This document shows, in pieces, positions 48,538 through 57,897 of a stretch of DNA of 64,000 nucleotides. Position 1 is the stretch's first letter; each line of letters begins with the position of its first letter. The notes under the pieces were generated by a model. The model saw only the letters and a list, made by a program, of their open reading frames with translations. It searched no databases and was not told where the DNA came from. The position numbers and the translations under genes were made by a program. This DNA comes from Longimicrobiales bacterium (GTDB lineage Bacteria; Gemmatimonadota; Gemmatimonadetes; Longimicrobiales; Gaopeijiaceae), in contig CAXXKM010000003.1 in assembly GCA_963664435.2 (NCBI GenBank), positions 1,024,001-1,088,000 on the forward strand, written 5' to 3'.

Positions 48538-48575
48538 CCACGACGGGTCGTGGATGCCTGCCACCGGTAGGGGTG
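48538..48575 (-). repeat. Tandem palindromic element, copy 3 (degenerate)
   Basis: Minus strand reads ACCCCTACCGGTGGCAGGCATCCACGACCCGTCGTGG. Confidence 0.6.
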
Positions 48576-48588
48576 TCGCGTCCCCTTG

Positions 48589-49938
48589 TCAACTTCCCGC
48601 CCGCATCGCCTGCAGGGCCATCTTGTAGTAGCGCAGCCCCACGTTGGGATCGTAGATGATGAGCCGGGCCCCGCGTCGACCCAGCCGCTCCGGGCTCGCG
48701 CCGGAGTACGCCATCAGGTAGCGCGCGAGTGCCTCGGGATGGTTCGCGGACACGAATTCCGCGGGCTGGGCCCTCGACGCATCGTCCTCGGCGGCTGGCC
48801 CGGATCCCTCTGCCGCGGCCGCCGCCGCTTCCGACGCCGCTTCCGACGCCTCCCCGGGCCGCCACCCTTCCGCGCGCGTGAACATCGCATCCATCGGCAG
48901 GTTGGGCGCGTTCTCGTCGGCGAGATGGATCGATACCTTGGCCATGATGGCGTTGTGGGGGAAGTTGCAGTGGAACGAGAGCGGCGAATACGCCTCGCGG
49001 TCGGGTCGGAGCCCGGCGAACTCCTCGAGGAGGTCGTCCCTGTAGTCCGCGAAGGCCTCGCGGAAGCCCGCGTGCTCATCTTCGTAGGGACGGAGCGCCT
49101 CCGGGGGCGCGCCCGTGAAGGCCCACGGATCGGGAGTCAGGCCGTCGATGAGGCCCTCCAGGACGCGGGTGCGCGGATCGGCACGGCGTTCCTCGCCTCC
49201 TCCCTCCGGGAGGCCCCCTTCTCCACCGGGGTCGCCCCCGGCTTCAAGGCCACCGCCCGCGGCACCCCCGGTGGCACCCCCGGCGCGCGCCTCCTCCTCC
49301 CGCAGCCGCACGTACTCCTCCATGAGCGTTGCGACCGAGAAGAGCAGCCACGGATAGTCGCCGACGTTGTCGCCGCGCATGCGCCCCAGGTCCCGCCGGT
49401 AGAGCACCCCGAATCCCCACCGCAGGTGGCTCCCCAGAATCGCGGCCTCGGCCAGCGCGAAGTGCACCCGGTGCGCGCGGTCCAGGGCGCGAATCTTCTC
49501 CAGCAGCCGGGGATAGGCGCTCTCGTCCGGGTGGAAGTGGGAGATGGCCATCAGCAGCAGGGTCTCCGCGCGCGCCACGAACTGGTGCCCGCTGCCGTGG
49601 GGGCCCTGAAGATGGCGGAGCAGCCCGGTGATCCGGTCCAGATTCTCGTTCGGATCGCCTTCGTCCCACGCCCGCATGACCATCACCGCCAGCACATAGA
49701 AGAAGTAGTGGTCAAGGAGGAGCGCCTGCACGCGCGGCGTGGCTCTCCCCGCCGACCATTCCTCGGCGAAGCGGTCCAGCATGAGCACCGGGGTGTTCTC
49801 GCGGGTGAAATGGTGCTCCAGATGGTTCCACGAATGAAGGACGTGGAATCCCTCCTCGCGGGTGCGCAGGTCGAAGTCGCGCACGAAGCCGTCGAGCACG
49901 AGCGGTGCGAAACGCCCCCGGAACACATGCGCGCGCAT
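48589..49938 (-). CDS. Hypothetical protein (frame stays open upstream to ~50067)
   Basis: 449+ aa ORF with strong GC3 bias and two low-complexity insertions; no family recognised. Confidence 0.7.
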   Translation of the reverse strand: MRAHVFRGRFAPLVLDGFVRDFDLRTREEGFHVLHSWNHLEHHFTRENTPVLMLDRFAEEWSAGRATPRVQALLLDHYFFYVLAVMVMRAWDEGDPNENLDRITGLLRHLQGPHGSGHQFVARAETLLLMAISHFHPDESAYPRLLEKIRALDRAHRVHFALAEAAILGSHLRWGFGVLYRRDLGRMRGDNVGDYPWLLFSVATLMEEYVRLREEEARAGGATGGAAGGGLEAGGDPGGEGGLPEGGGEERRADPRTRVLEGLIDGLTPDPWAFTGAPPEALRPYEDEHAGFREAFADYRDDLLEEFAGLRPDREAYSPLSFHCNFPHNAIMAKVSIHLADENAPNLPMDAMFTRAEGWRPGEASEAASEAAAAAAEGSGPAAEDDASRAQPAEFVSANHPEALARYLMAYSGASPERLGRRGARLIIYDPNVGLRYYKMALQAMRAGS

Positions 49939-50063
49939 CCCGCCGCGCAGGCGCTCGAGTCCCTTCGCGCCTCCGTCCGGCGAGCACGAGCGCAGAATCT
50001 CGCGCCGGGTACCGCCGGAGAGCGCTCCCGCGAGGAGCGACCAGGCTCCCTCGAAGTCGGTCG

Positions 50064-51344
50064 CTACTGACCCGCCCCCCGGAAGCGCGCGCCCAGCCCG
50101 TCGCGGTCCATCGCGGCACCGCGCAGGTACACCGCGTCGATCATGCGCGTGTTGGTGATGTCGTCGAGCGGGTTGGCGTCGAGCACGATGAAGTCGGCGC
50201 TCCTGCCCGCCGCGACCGTCCCCAGATCGTCGGCGCCCACAAACTCCGCGGAGGCGCTGGTGGCCGCCACGATCACGTCCGCCGGGCTCATCCCGGTCCG
50301 CACCATGTCGGCCAGCTCCTGGTGGGCCGCCCAGGGCGAGCTTCCGTCGGTGCCGAAGGAGATGGTGATGCCCTCCTGGCTGAGCCGGTTCAGGTTGCGC
50401 GCCTGAATGCCGAAGAACTCCTGCAGCTCCGGCCGGTCGAACGAGTTGGTCTGCATCAGCTCGACCCGGGACGCCGGCACCGATCCCGCCAGCCAGCCCA
50501 TGTCCTCCGCCACGCCGGGCGCGGGCAGGTTGGGGACCAGCACCACGTTGGGACGCTCCTGCCAGAGCGCGATCAGCTCGTCGTCGACATCCATGTCGCG
50601 GATGCCGTGCGCGAAGGCGTCCACGCCGGCCCGCAGCAGCCCCTTCGCGTCCTCGAGCGTGAAGACGTGGGCGGTCACGCGCAGGCCGTTGGCGTGCGCC
50701 TCGTCGATCACGACGCCGAACAGCTCCGCGGAGAGCCGCTCGTACTGGCCGCTCCGGTCGTCCACCCAGATCTTCACGAAATCGACCTGGTCGGCGGCCA
50801 GCTCCCGCACCGCCGCGCGCGCCTCCTCATCGGTGGTCACCCAGTGCGGCACCTCGCTGCGGCCGGGCTCGGGAGAGGTGATGCCCCGTCCGGCGCTCTG
50901 CGAGCGGGCGCCGTCGGCAACCGTCTCCGCGCGCATCTGGAAGCCGACGTCACCCTCGTCCAGCCCCAGGCTGACCACCATCGACTGGCCGTAGTACGCG
51001 TAGTGCTGCAGCTGGTCGGTGCGGGTCTCGCGGTCGGAAGCCAGGTGGATGTGGGCATTCACGATCGCGGGCATGACCGTCTTGCCGGCGAGGTCCATGT
51101 GAGTCGCCCCCGCGGGCGCCTCCACCTCCCCCGCCGCTCCGACCGCCGCGAAGCGGCCGTCCTCCACGACGAAGACGGCGTCCTCGATCACGCCACCGTC
51201 GCCGACGATCACGCGGGCGCCCTCGAATACCACCGCGTCCGAACTCCCGGCCTCCGGAGCATCCGCGCACGCGGGCAGGAAAAGGCCCACCGCGGCCACG
51301 GCGGACAGGATCGGCGCCCTGGACAGTTTGTCTCTCGTGCACAT
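50064..51344 (-). CDS. Amidohydrolase family lipoprotein
   Basis: Lipobox LPAC; GKTVMPAIVNAHIH, VTAHV, FAHG, FGTDG, GRSADFIVLDANPL. Confidence 0.88.
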   Translation of the reverse strand: MCTRDKLSRAPILSAVAAVGLFLPACADAPEAGSSDAVVFEGARVIVGDGGVIEDAVFVVEDGRFAAVGAAGEVEAPAGATHMDLAGKTVMPAIVNAHIHLASDRETRTDQLQHYAYYGQSMVVSLGLDEGDVGFQMRAETVADGARSQSAGRGITSPEPGRSEVPHWVTTDEEARAAVRELAADQVDFVKIWVDDRSGQYERLSAELFGVVIDEAHANGLRVTAHVFTLEDAKGLLRAGVDAFAHGIRDMDVDDELIALWQERPNVVLVPNLPAPGVAEDMGWLAGSVPASRVELMQTNSFDRPELQEFFGIQARNLNRLSQEGITISFGTDGSSPWAAHQELADMVRTGMSPADVIVAATSASAEFVGADDLGTVAAGRSADFIVLDANPLDDITNTRMIDAVYLRGAAMDRDGLGARFRGAGQ

Positions 51345-51467
51345 ACGAACCTCACATCTGGATGGACATCTGATGAATGGACTCAAGGCATCGCTTCGGA
51401 CCCCTCGTTCCGGCGTGAGCCCGCGGCTCACGGCGGGCCCCGCGGCGGCGTCCCGGTGCCGCAGGCC

Positions 51468-52307
51468 CTACCGCGCCGGACGGGTCCAGAGGTTGAGCGG
51501 AATCGGCATGATCGGCTTGCGGGCCATCCGCTCCATGAACTGATTGGTGTACATTCGGATCTCGGTGCCCCAGGAATAGACCTCCATCAGATAGATGTCC
51601 GAGACCGCATAGCTCTCCAGTTCGTCCAGTCCCCCCCACGCCAGCGCCTCGTCCACGTAGACCCAGGGTTCGATGGCGCGCCCTCTGCGGAAGACGCATC
51701 GGCTGCTGAGCGACGCCGGGGGACACGGAACCACCCGGACCATGGTGCGCTGATTCAGGAAATCCAGCGGGGTCCCGGCCATCGCGCGAAACAGCTGGTG
51801 CCGGTCGTAGGCCCAGGTGGACATGGCGGCGGCCCTGCGGCGGAAGCGCAGGCGGGATTCCATCTCCGTGATGTTCTCGACGGTCGCGGTGACGCCCGCG
51901 AGCATGATGGGCCGCGGCGTGAGCGCCACCTCCATCATTCCGCTCGACTCGGGAGTGACGGTAATCGCCACCACCCTCCTCTGGTATCCGAACTGGGTGA
52001 CCACGACAAGCTCGGGCCCGGCTTCGACATCGTCCAGCCGGAAGACGCCGTCATAGTCCGTGATTACGCCCTGGCGGCCGTTCTCGAGGGACACGGCAGC
52101 GGATGGAATCGCGCTGCCGGTCACGACGTCGTAGACCACGCCCATGAGCTTCAGCCGGACATCGTCGGACGCCGGCTCCTGCGCGGACAGGATTCCGGCG
52201 AGGCACAGAGCGGCGGCGACACATGGGACAGCGACGAGATACGGGATCCCGCCCCGCGCCGACAGGATGGTCAAACGGGATGATTTCGGCATGTGGCTGG
52301 TCTCCAT
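51468..52307 (-). CDS. Exported carboxypeptidase-regulatory-like domain protein with a plug-like C-terminus
   Basis: GVVYDVVTGSAIPSAAV, TDYDGVFRL, FGY; PWVYVDE...MEVY. Confidence 0.7.
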   Translation of the reverse strand: METSHMPKSSRLTILSARGGIPYLVAVPCVAAALCLAGILSAQEPASDDVRLKLMGVVYDVVTGSAIPSAAVSLENGRQGVITDYDGVFRLDDVEAGPELVVVTQFGYQRRVVAITVTPESSGMMEVALTPRPIMLAGVTATVENITEMESRLRFRRRAAAMSTWAYDRHQLFRAMAGTPLDFLNQRTMVRVVPCPPASLSSRCVFRRGRAIEPWVYVDEALAWGGLDELESYAVSDIYLMEVYSWGTEIRMYTNQFMERMARKPIMPIPLNLWTRPAR

Positions 52308-52412
52308 GGAGGCGTCCGCGCCGACCGGAGCGGCGTTGGATCCGGCACCGTACCCCACATCCTACCAATACGCCGCCGGCTTTGCTCCCGCCACCCGTGG
52401 CCGTCGCGGGAA

Positions 52413-52778
52413 TCAGGTGCGTTCGCCTCGATCCTGGGTGATCGCATTGGCACCAATGGCCCCGCGAATCGCGTCCACGATCCACGCGTTGATGCTCACG
52501 TGGCTGGCGGAGGCGGAGGCGGCAACGAGTGCGTCCAGTCGCGACCCAAGGCGCAGGTTCAGTTTGCCCGAGAAAGGACGCCTGGGCTCAACGTCGTCCT
52601 CCGCGCACCATGCCAGGTATTCGTCTACGGAGCGCTCAAATTCCCTACGAATATCGGCGGCATCCGTGGCCTCGAACGTGACGATCGGATAGGGTCCGCT
52701 ATTCACCACACGTCCGTGGAGGATTTCGATCGAGTCGTCGAACTCCACCGCGGCGACATGTCCCTTGTACTCCATCAT
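52413..52778 (-). CDS. hicB: HicB family antitoxin (orphan)
   Basis: MEYKGH-A-VEFD, FERSVDEYL-WC, EPRRPFSGKLNLRL, SINAWI. Confidence 0.88.
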   Translation of the reverse strand: MMEYKGHVAAVEFDDSIEILHGRVVNSGPYPIVTFEATDAADIRREFERSVDEYLAWCAEDDVEPRRPFSGKLNLRLGSRLDALVAASASASHVSINAWIVDAIRGAIGANAITQDRGERT

Positions 52779-54118
52779 GGCTCTAGCCCTTCTTCGTCGA
52801 GGTTGAGCAGCGTCTGGAGCAGCACGTTGGCGCCGTTGACGATGTCGGAGTCCTCGGTACGCTCGTTGGGGGCGTGGCTGATGCCACCGATGGAGGGCAC
52901 GAAGATCATCCCCACCGGGGCGAGCAGGGCGATGCTCTGCGCGTCGTGCCCGGCGCCGGAAGGCATGCGGCGCGACGCCAGGCCGAGATCGCGGGCCGAG
53001 GCCTCGAAGAGGTCGCGGATGCGCGGGTCGGTGGGAGCGGCGCGGCTGGTGTAGAAGCGCTCGAAGGCGAAGGTCACGCCGGTGTCGCGCGCGATTCGTT
53101 CGCTCCGCGCGCGAACCGCCTGAAAAACGCGCTCGATGCCCTCCATGGACAGATCCCGGATCTCGAGCGAGAGCACCACCCGCCCGGGGATCACGTTCGG
53201 AGCGCCGGGCTCGGCAGCCAGCCGCCCGACCGTTGCCACCTGCCTGCCCGGCATCCCGCGCGCCGTGCGATGCACCATGTCGATGAAGCGCGCGGCCCCG
53301 ACCATCGCATCCTGACGGCGGTCCATGGGAGTGGTGCCGGCGTGGTTGGTCATGCCCTCCACGGTCACGTTCCAGCGCATGATGCCGACGATGCCCTCCA
53401 CCACCCCGATGTCGACGCCGTCGGTCTCCATGACCGCGCCCTGCTCGATGTGGAGCTCGAGAAAGGCGGCGATGGAACCGGGCTCGCGACGGGCGTCCGC
53501 CAGCCGGTCCGGGTCGCCCCCCAAGCGCCGCAGCCCTTCCCCGATGGTGTAGCCGGAGGCCGTCTCGATGTCGAGTTCGGAGCGTTCGAATTCTCCCGCG
53601 AGGACGCGGCTGCCGGTCTTCCCGCCTTCCTCGTTGGAGAAGACGGCCACCTCCAGGGGATGCCTGGTGCGGTGGCCGGCCTCGGCGAGCCGGGTCGCGG
53701 CCTCCAGGGCGGCCATCGAACCCACCTGGCCATCGAAGTTGCCACCTCCCGGGACCGAATCGATGTGCGAACCGAACATGAGCGGCGGGAGCGAGGAATC
53801 CCGGCCCGCCTTGCGGGCGATCAGGTTGCCGGCCAGGTCGACGCCGACCTCGAAGCCGGCCGCGCCCAGATGACCCGCCACCCAGTCGAGCGCCTCGATG
53901 TTCGCGTCGCTGAAGGCCACCCGGTCGATCCCGCCCGCCGCGTTGCGCCCAAAGGCCTCGAGCGCCCGCATGCTTTCGATCAGGCGGGTCTCGTCCACGC
54001 GCAGTTCCTGGCGCCCCCCGTCGCGCGATTCGCGCGGGACACCCCTCACGCCGCCCGGGAGCGCAAGCCCGCCCAGCGCCATCGCGCCCATCCGGGTAAA
54101 GTGTCTTCGGTTCATCAT
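52775..54118 (-). CDS. M20 family Zn-dependent amidohydrolase (allantoate amidohydrolase / N-carbamoylase-like) with a Tat signal
   Basis: MNRRHF; GSHIDSVPGGGNFDG, NEEG, ELHIEQG, NHAGTTPM, SGAGHDAQ, GISHAPNE. Confidence 0.9.
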   Translation of the reverse strand: MMNRRHFTRMGAMALGGLALPGGVRGVPRESRDGGRQELRVDETRLIESMRALEAFGRNAAGGIDRVAFSDANIEALDWVAGHLGAAGFEVGVDLAGNLIARKAGRDSSLPPLMFGSHIDSVPGGGNFDGQVGSMAALEAATRLAEAGHRTRHPLEVAVFSNEEGGKTGSRVLAGEFERSELDIETASGYTIGEGLRRLGGDPDRLADARREPGSIAAFLELHIEQGAVMETDGVDIGVVEGIVGIMRWNVTVEGMTNHAGTTPMDRRQDAMVGAARFIDMVHRTARGMPGRQVATVGRLAAEPGAPNVIPGRVVLSLEIRDLSMEGIERVFQAVRARSERIARDTGVTFAFERFYTSRAAPTDPRIRDLFEASARDLGLASRRMPSGAGHDAQSIALLAPVGMIFVPSIGGISHAPNERTEDSDIVNGANVLLQTLLNLDEEGLEP

Positions 54119-54272
54119 GCGACCTCCGCGCCCATGAAACATCCGGCAAGCCTGACCATGCCTGGGAGGTTGCCCGGTCCGGGTGCCCGCCGCAAGCGGC
54201 TGCGAGCCGCGGACACGGCTGGGGACGAGTGCAACCCGAACCCCGCCCCGCAAAGGGTGTACTGCCGCAACC

Positions 54273-54749
54273 ATGAGCGACCTCGATCCCACCCCCAGAA
54301 AGCCCGCCGACTCCGTCACGGTCATCACCGAACTGATGATGCCGAACCAGGTGAACAACCTGGGCAACGTCTCCGGCGGCGAGGTCCTGGCCATGGTCGA
54401 CCGCGCGGCCGCCGTGGCCGCCATCCGCCACGCGGGGCGACCTTGCGTCACCGTGTCGATCGACCGCGTCGATTTCAAGGAACCCATTCGCTCCGGCGAA
54501 CTGGTCACCTGTTTGGCGCGGGTGAACTACGTGGGCACCACCTCCATCGAGGTCGGCGTGCGCGTCGACGCGGAGAACCCGCTCACCGGCGTAAAACGCC
54601 ACACCAACACCTGCCTCCTCACATTCGTCGCGATCGACGAAGCACACCGCCCGACCCGGGTGCCCCCGCTCGACCTGACCGACCCCGGGGATCGCCGCCG
54701 CTACGAGGCGGGCCGCAAGCGACGGAAGAGGCGGCTGGAGCTGACGTAG
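54273..54749 (+). CDS. Acyl-CoA thioesterase (hotdog fold, YciA-like)
   Basis: MMPNQVNNLGNVSGG, CVTVSIDRVDF, VGTTSIEVGV, LTFVAID. Confidence 0.9.
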   Translation: MSDLDPTPRKPADSVTVITELMMPNQVNNLGNVSGGEVLAMVDRAAAVAAIRHAGRPCVTVSIDRVDFKEPIRSGELVTCLARVNYVGTTSIEVGVRVDAENPLTGVKRHTNTCLLTFVAIDEAHRPTRVPPLDLTDPGDRRRYEAGRKRRKRRLELT

Positions 54750-54792
54750 GCCAGTCCCAGAGCCGCATGCCGCAACGGATGCCGCGCTGCTC

Positions 54793-54868
54793 TTGTCACT
54801 CGCGCGGTCCCCAACCTATTATCGCATGTCGCGCTAGGGTTATGTCCGGGTTATCTCCGGGTTTGTCC
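54793..54868 (+). promoter_or_regulatory. Putative promoter followed by three 11-bp direct repeats upstream of susC2
   Basis: TTGTCA (54793-98), 18 bp spacer, TATTAT (54817-22); GGGTTATGTCC/GGGTTATCTCC/GGGTTTGTCC at 54837-54868. Confidence 0.5.
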
Positions 54869-54909
54869 GGCGCAAAGTTCACAACGCGACTCGGGAAAGG
54901 AGGAGATCC

Positions 54910-57885
54910 GTGAGACGCAACACCTTGTTCGCCCTCATCGCGCTCGCGATGGCATCGCCGGCGCTGCTGCAGGCGCAGACGGTGACGGGCACCGTGCGGG
55001 ACCAGGCCACGGGGAATCCGATCAACGCGGCCCAGGTCTTCATCGAGGGGCTCGACATCGGCTCGCTCAGCCAAGGCAACGGCCAGTACCTCATCATCAA
55101 CGTGCCGGCCGGCACACACACGCTCACCGTGCAATCGATCGGCTATCGGACCGAGTCGGTCGAGGTGACCGTAGCGGCCGACGGCTCGACGGTTCAGAAC
55201 TTCTTCCTCGCCTCCCAGGCGTTGCAGCTCGACGAGCTGGTCGTGACCGGCACGGCGGCGGCGAGCCGCGTGCGCGAGATCGGCAACTCGGTGGCGGTGC
55301 TCGACGCCGCCGTGGCTGAGGTGCAGCCGATCCAGAACGTCTCGGATCTGCTCCGCGGCCGCCTGGCCGGGGTCGTCATCCAGCAGGGCTCGGGCGACGC
55401 CGGCGGCGCCTCCACCATCAAGATCCGCGGCAGCTCGACCATGCGCGAGGTCAACGACGGTCCGCTCGTCTACATCGACGGCGTGCGGGTGAGCAACCGC
55501 ATGGAAAGCGGCTCGCGCGACGTCTCGCGCATCGACGACCTCGACCCGGCGATGATCGAGAGCATCGAGGTCATCAAGGGACCGGCGGCGGCGACGCTGT
55601 ACGGCACCGAGGCGGCCAACGGCGTCATCAACATCAGGACCAAGATTGGATCCGTTGGCGACGCCCAGTGGAATTTCACCTTCCGCCAGGGCGCGCAGTG
55701 GTTCCGGAACCCGGCAGGGCGCACGCCCACCAACTACGGCGTGAGCAACATCACGGGCCAGCTCGAAGAGATCAACATGTTCCGGGACTACCCTGCGGAG
55801 CAGGATCTCATGTTCAACACGGGCCACACCCAGTACTACGGCATCGACCTCTCCGGAGGGAGCGACCTGTTCCAGTACTTCGTGGCCGGATCGGCTTCTT
55901 CGGACCGGGGCGTGACCGAGGACAGTTGGGCGAAGAAGTACAACGGGCGAGTGAACGTCCAGGCTCAGCCCAACGAGGATCTCACGATTTCGGCCAACGC
56001 CGGCGTCGCCCTCACTCGCATTCGGCTGGGAGGAGACCAGCCGTACGAGGAGGCGATCCGCGCCACCCCGACCACCCTCGGCACTCCGCGCAGGGGCTAC
56101 AGGCGATACACGCCAGAGGCGATGTACGAGCGGAACAACTACTACAACAACGCCAACCGCATGACCGCGGGCCTCACGGCGGCGCATTCCCCCTTCGACT
56201 GGTTCACGCACAGGTTCACCTTCGGGCTGGACGTGACCGATCAGCTCGAGGACCAGTTGCAGCCCTTCCTGACCCCCGAATCGGCGCAGTTCTGGTCGAC
56301 CAACGCGGCGGCGGGCGGCCGCCGGGCCAATCGGGAGTCGGTCGTCTACACCACCTTCGACTACGCCGCCTCCGGTACCCGTGACCTGACCGAAGACATC
56401 CTCTCCACGACATCGGTCGGGTTCCAGGTCTACACCAGGGCCATCGAGGACGTGACTGCGGACGGGGACCGCTTCCCGGCGCTGGGCCTCTCGAGCGTGA
56501 ACGCCACCGCCGAGCGGCAGGGCTTCGACGACTTCGTCGAGAACAACACCGTGGGCGTCTACCTGCAGCAGCAGTTCGGGTGGCAGGACCGGTTCTTCAT
56601 TACCGGTGCGGTGCGCGCCGACGACAACAGCGCGTTCGGTGAGGACTTCGACCTCATCGTCTATCCGAAGGTGAGCGGCTCCTGGGTGGTCTCCGACGGC
56701 GGCTCGGGCTTCGTCAACTCCTTCCGCCTGCGCGGCGCCTACGGCGAGTCGGGCCAGCAGCCCGACGCCTTCGCCGCGCTGCGCAGCTACGCCACGCGCG
56801 CGTCTCCTGCGGGGACGGCGACAGTGAGGCCCAACGCCCCCGGGAACTCGGAACTGGGTCCCGAGCGGGGCGTGGAGATCGAGGCCGGCTTTGACGCGAG
56901 CTTTTTCAACAACCGCGTCTCCATCGACTTTACCTTCTACAACCAGAGCACCAAGGACGCCATCGTCGCGCGTCAGGTTCCGCCCTCGACCGGCTTCCTC
57001 GCGGACCAGTTCGTCAACATCGGCGAGATCAACAACCGGGGCATCGAGCTCGGGCTGAATGCTCGTCTCATGGAGACGGACGCGCTGGATTGGGACTTCA
57101 TCGTCAACGCCAGCACCAACCGCAACCGGATCGTAAGTCTGGGTCTGCCGTGCAGCGGAAAGCCCGAGTTGAGAGACACCTGCTTCCTTCAGCTGGGCTG
57201 GACCACGCGTCACCACGAGGGCTACCCGCTGGGTTCGCTCTTCGCACCGAGTGTCGCCTTCGCCGAGTTCCTTCCGGGCTCCGATCAGATCAACCGCGAA
57301 ACCCTGCTCTGCCATTCGGTCGACGAGGACGACAACGCCCCGTACATCCCGTGCAACGAGGAGGCGTGGATCTACCAGGGCCATCCGGACCCGAACCTGG
57401 AGATTTCCGTGGGATCGTCGTTTACGATCGGCGAGCGGCTGACCATCGACGCCCTGGTTCAGGGGAAGATCGGCCAGACCAAGTATGACCTGCAGGGCTG
57501 GTGGAGGTACGGCGCCATCCAGCAGAGCGAGCTCACCGCCTACCCGTTCGACCACGACATCCGCCATGTCGCCGAGGCGCAGTTCGGTTCAACCGGCGAG
57601 TACGACCTCTGGGTCAACGAGGCGTCGTTCGTGCGCTTCCGCGAACTCTCGCTCACCTACCAGATGCCGCAGGACTGGCTCGGCATGGTGCGGTCGACTC
57701 GCGGAAGCCTCAGCCTGTCGGCCCGCAACCTGGCCATGCTCTGGACCAACTGGACGGAGTGGCCGCACCACGATCCCGAGGTCGTGGACCCGAGCAACAC
57801 CTTCTCGGGCAACCGCGAGCCGCAGGAGGACTCCGCGGTTCCACCGCTGACTTCCCTCACCCTCACCGTCCGCCTGGGCATGTAA
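54910..57885 (+). CDS. SusC/RagA TonB-dependent receptor
   Basis: LDELVVTG, IEVIKGPAAATLYGTEAANGVI, RADDNSAFG, LGPERG; strong RBS AAGGAGGAG. Confidence 0.93.
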   Translation: MRRNTLFALIALAMASPALLQAQTVTGTVRDQATGNPINAAQVFIEGLDIGSLSQGNGQYLIINVPAGTHTLTVQSIGYRTESVEVTVAADGSTVQNFFLASQALQLDELVVTGTAAASRVREIGNSVAVLDAAVAEVQPIQNVSDLLRGRLAGVVIQQGSGDAGGASTIKIRGSSTMREVNDGPLVYIDGVRVSNRMESGSRDVSRIDDLDPAMIESIEVIKGPAAATLYGTEAANGVINIRTKIGSVGDAQWNFTFRQGAQWFRNPAGRTPTNYGVSNITGQLEEINMFRDYPAEQDLMFNTGHTQYYGIDLSGGSDLFQYFVAGSASSDRGVTEDSWAKKYNGRVNVQAQPNEDLTISANAGVALTRIRLGGDQPYEEAIRATPTTLGTPRRGYRRYTPEAMYERNNYYNNANRMTAGLTAAHSPFDWFTHRFTFGLDVTDQLEDQLQPFLTPESAQFWSTNAAAGGRRANRESVVYTTFDYAASGTRDLTEDILSTTSVGFQVYTRAIEDVTADGDRFPALGLSSVNATAERQGFDDFVENNTVGVYLQQQFGWQDRFFITGAVRADDNSAFGEDFDLIVYPKVSGSWVVSDGGSGFVNSFRLRGAYGESGQQPDAFAALRSYATRASPAGTATVRPNAPGNSELGPERGVEIEAGFDASFFNNRVSIDFTFYNQSTKDAIVARQVPPSTGFLADQFVNIGEINNRGIELGLNARLMETDALDWDFIVNASTNRNRIVSLGLPCSGKPELRDTCFLQLGWTTRHHEGYPLGSLFAPSVAFAEFLPGSDQINRETLLCHSVDEDDNAPYIPCNEEAWIYQGHPDPNLEISVGSSFTIGERLTIDALVQGKIGQTKYDLQGWWRYGAIQQSELTAYPFDHDIRHVAEAQFGSTGEYDLWVNEASFVRFRELSLTYQMPQDWLGMVRSTRGSLSLSARNLAMLWTNWTEWPHHDPEVVDPSNTFSGNREPQEDSAVPPLTSLTLTVRLGM

Positions 57886-57897
57886 AGGAGGCTTGTC

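Noticed and set aside
48780..49300. Short EAAS and Gly-rich repeats in the hypothetical protein
   Set aside because: Ordinary low-complexity loop insertions
52413..52778. Mobile element or prophage around hicB
   Set aside because: No integrase, transposase, terminal repeats or tRNA target seen
52413..54647. 744-aa ORF suggesting a HicB fusion protein
   Set aside because: The upstream part is an alternate frame of the M20 hydrolase; only the last 121 aa are HicB
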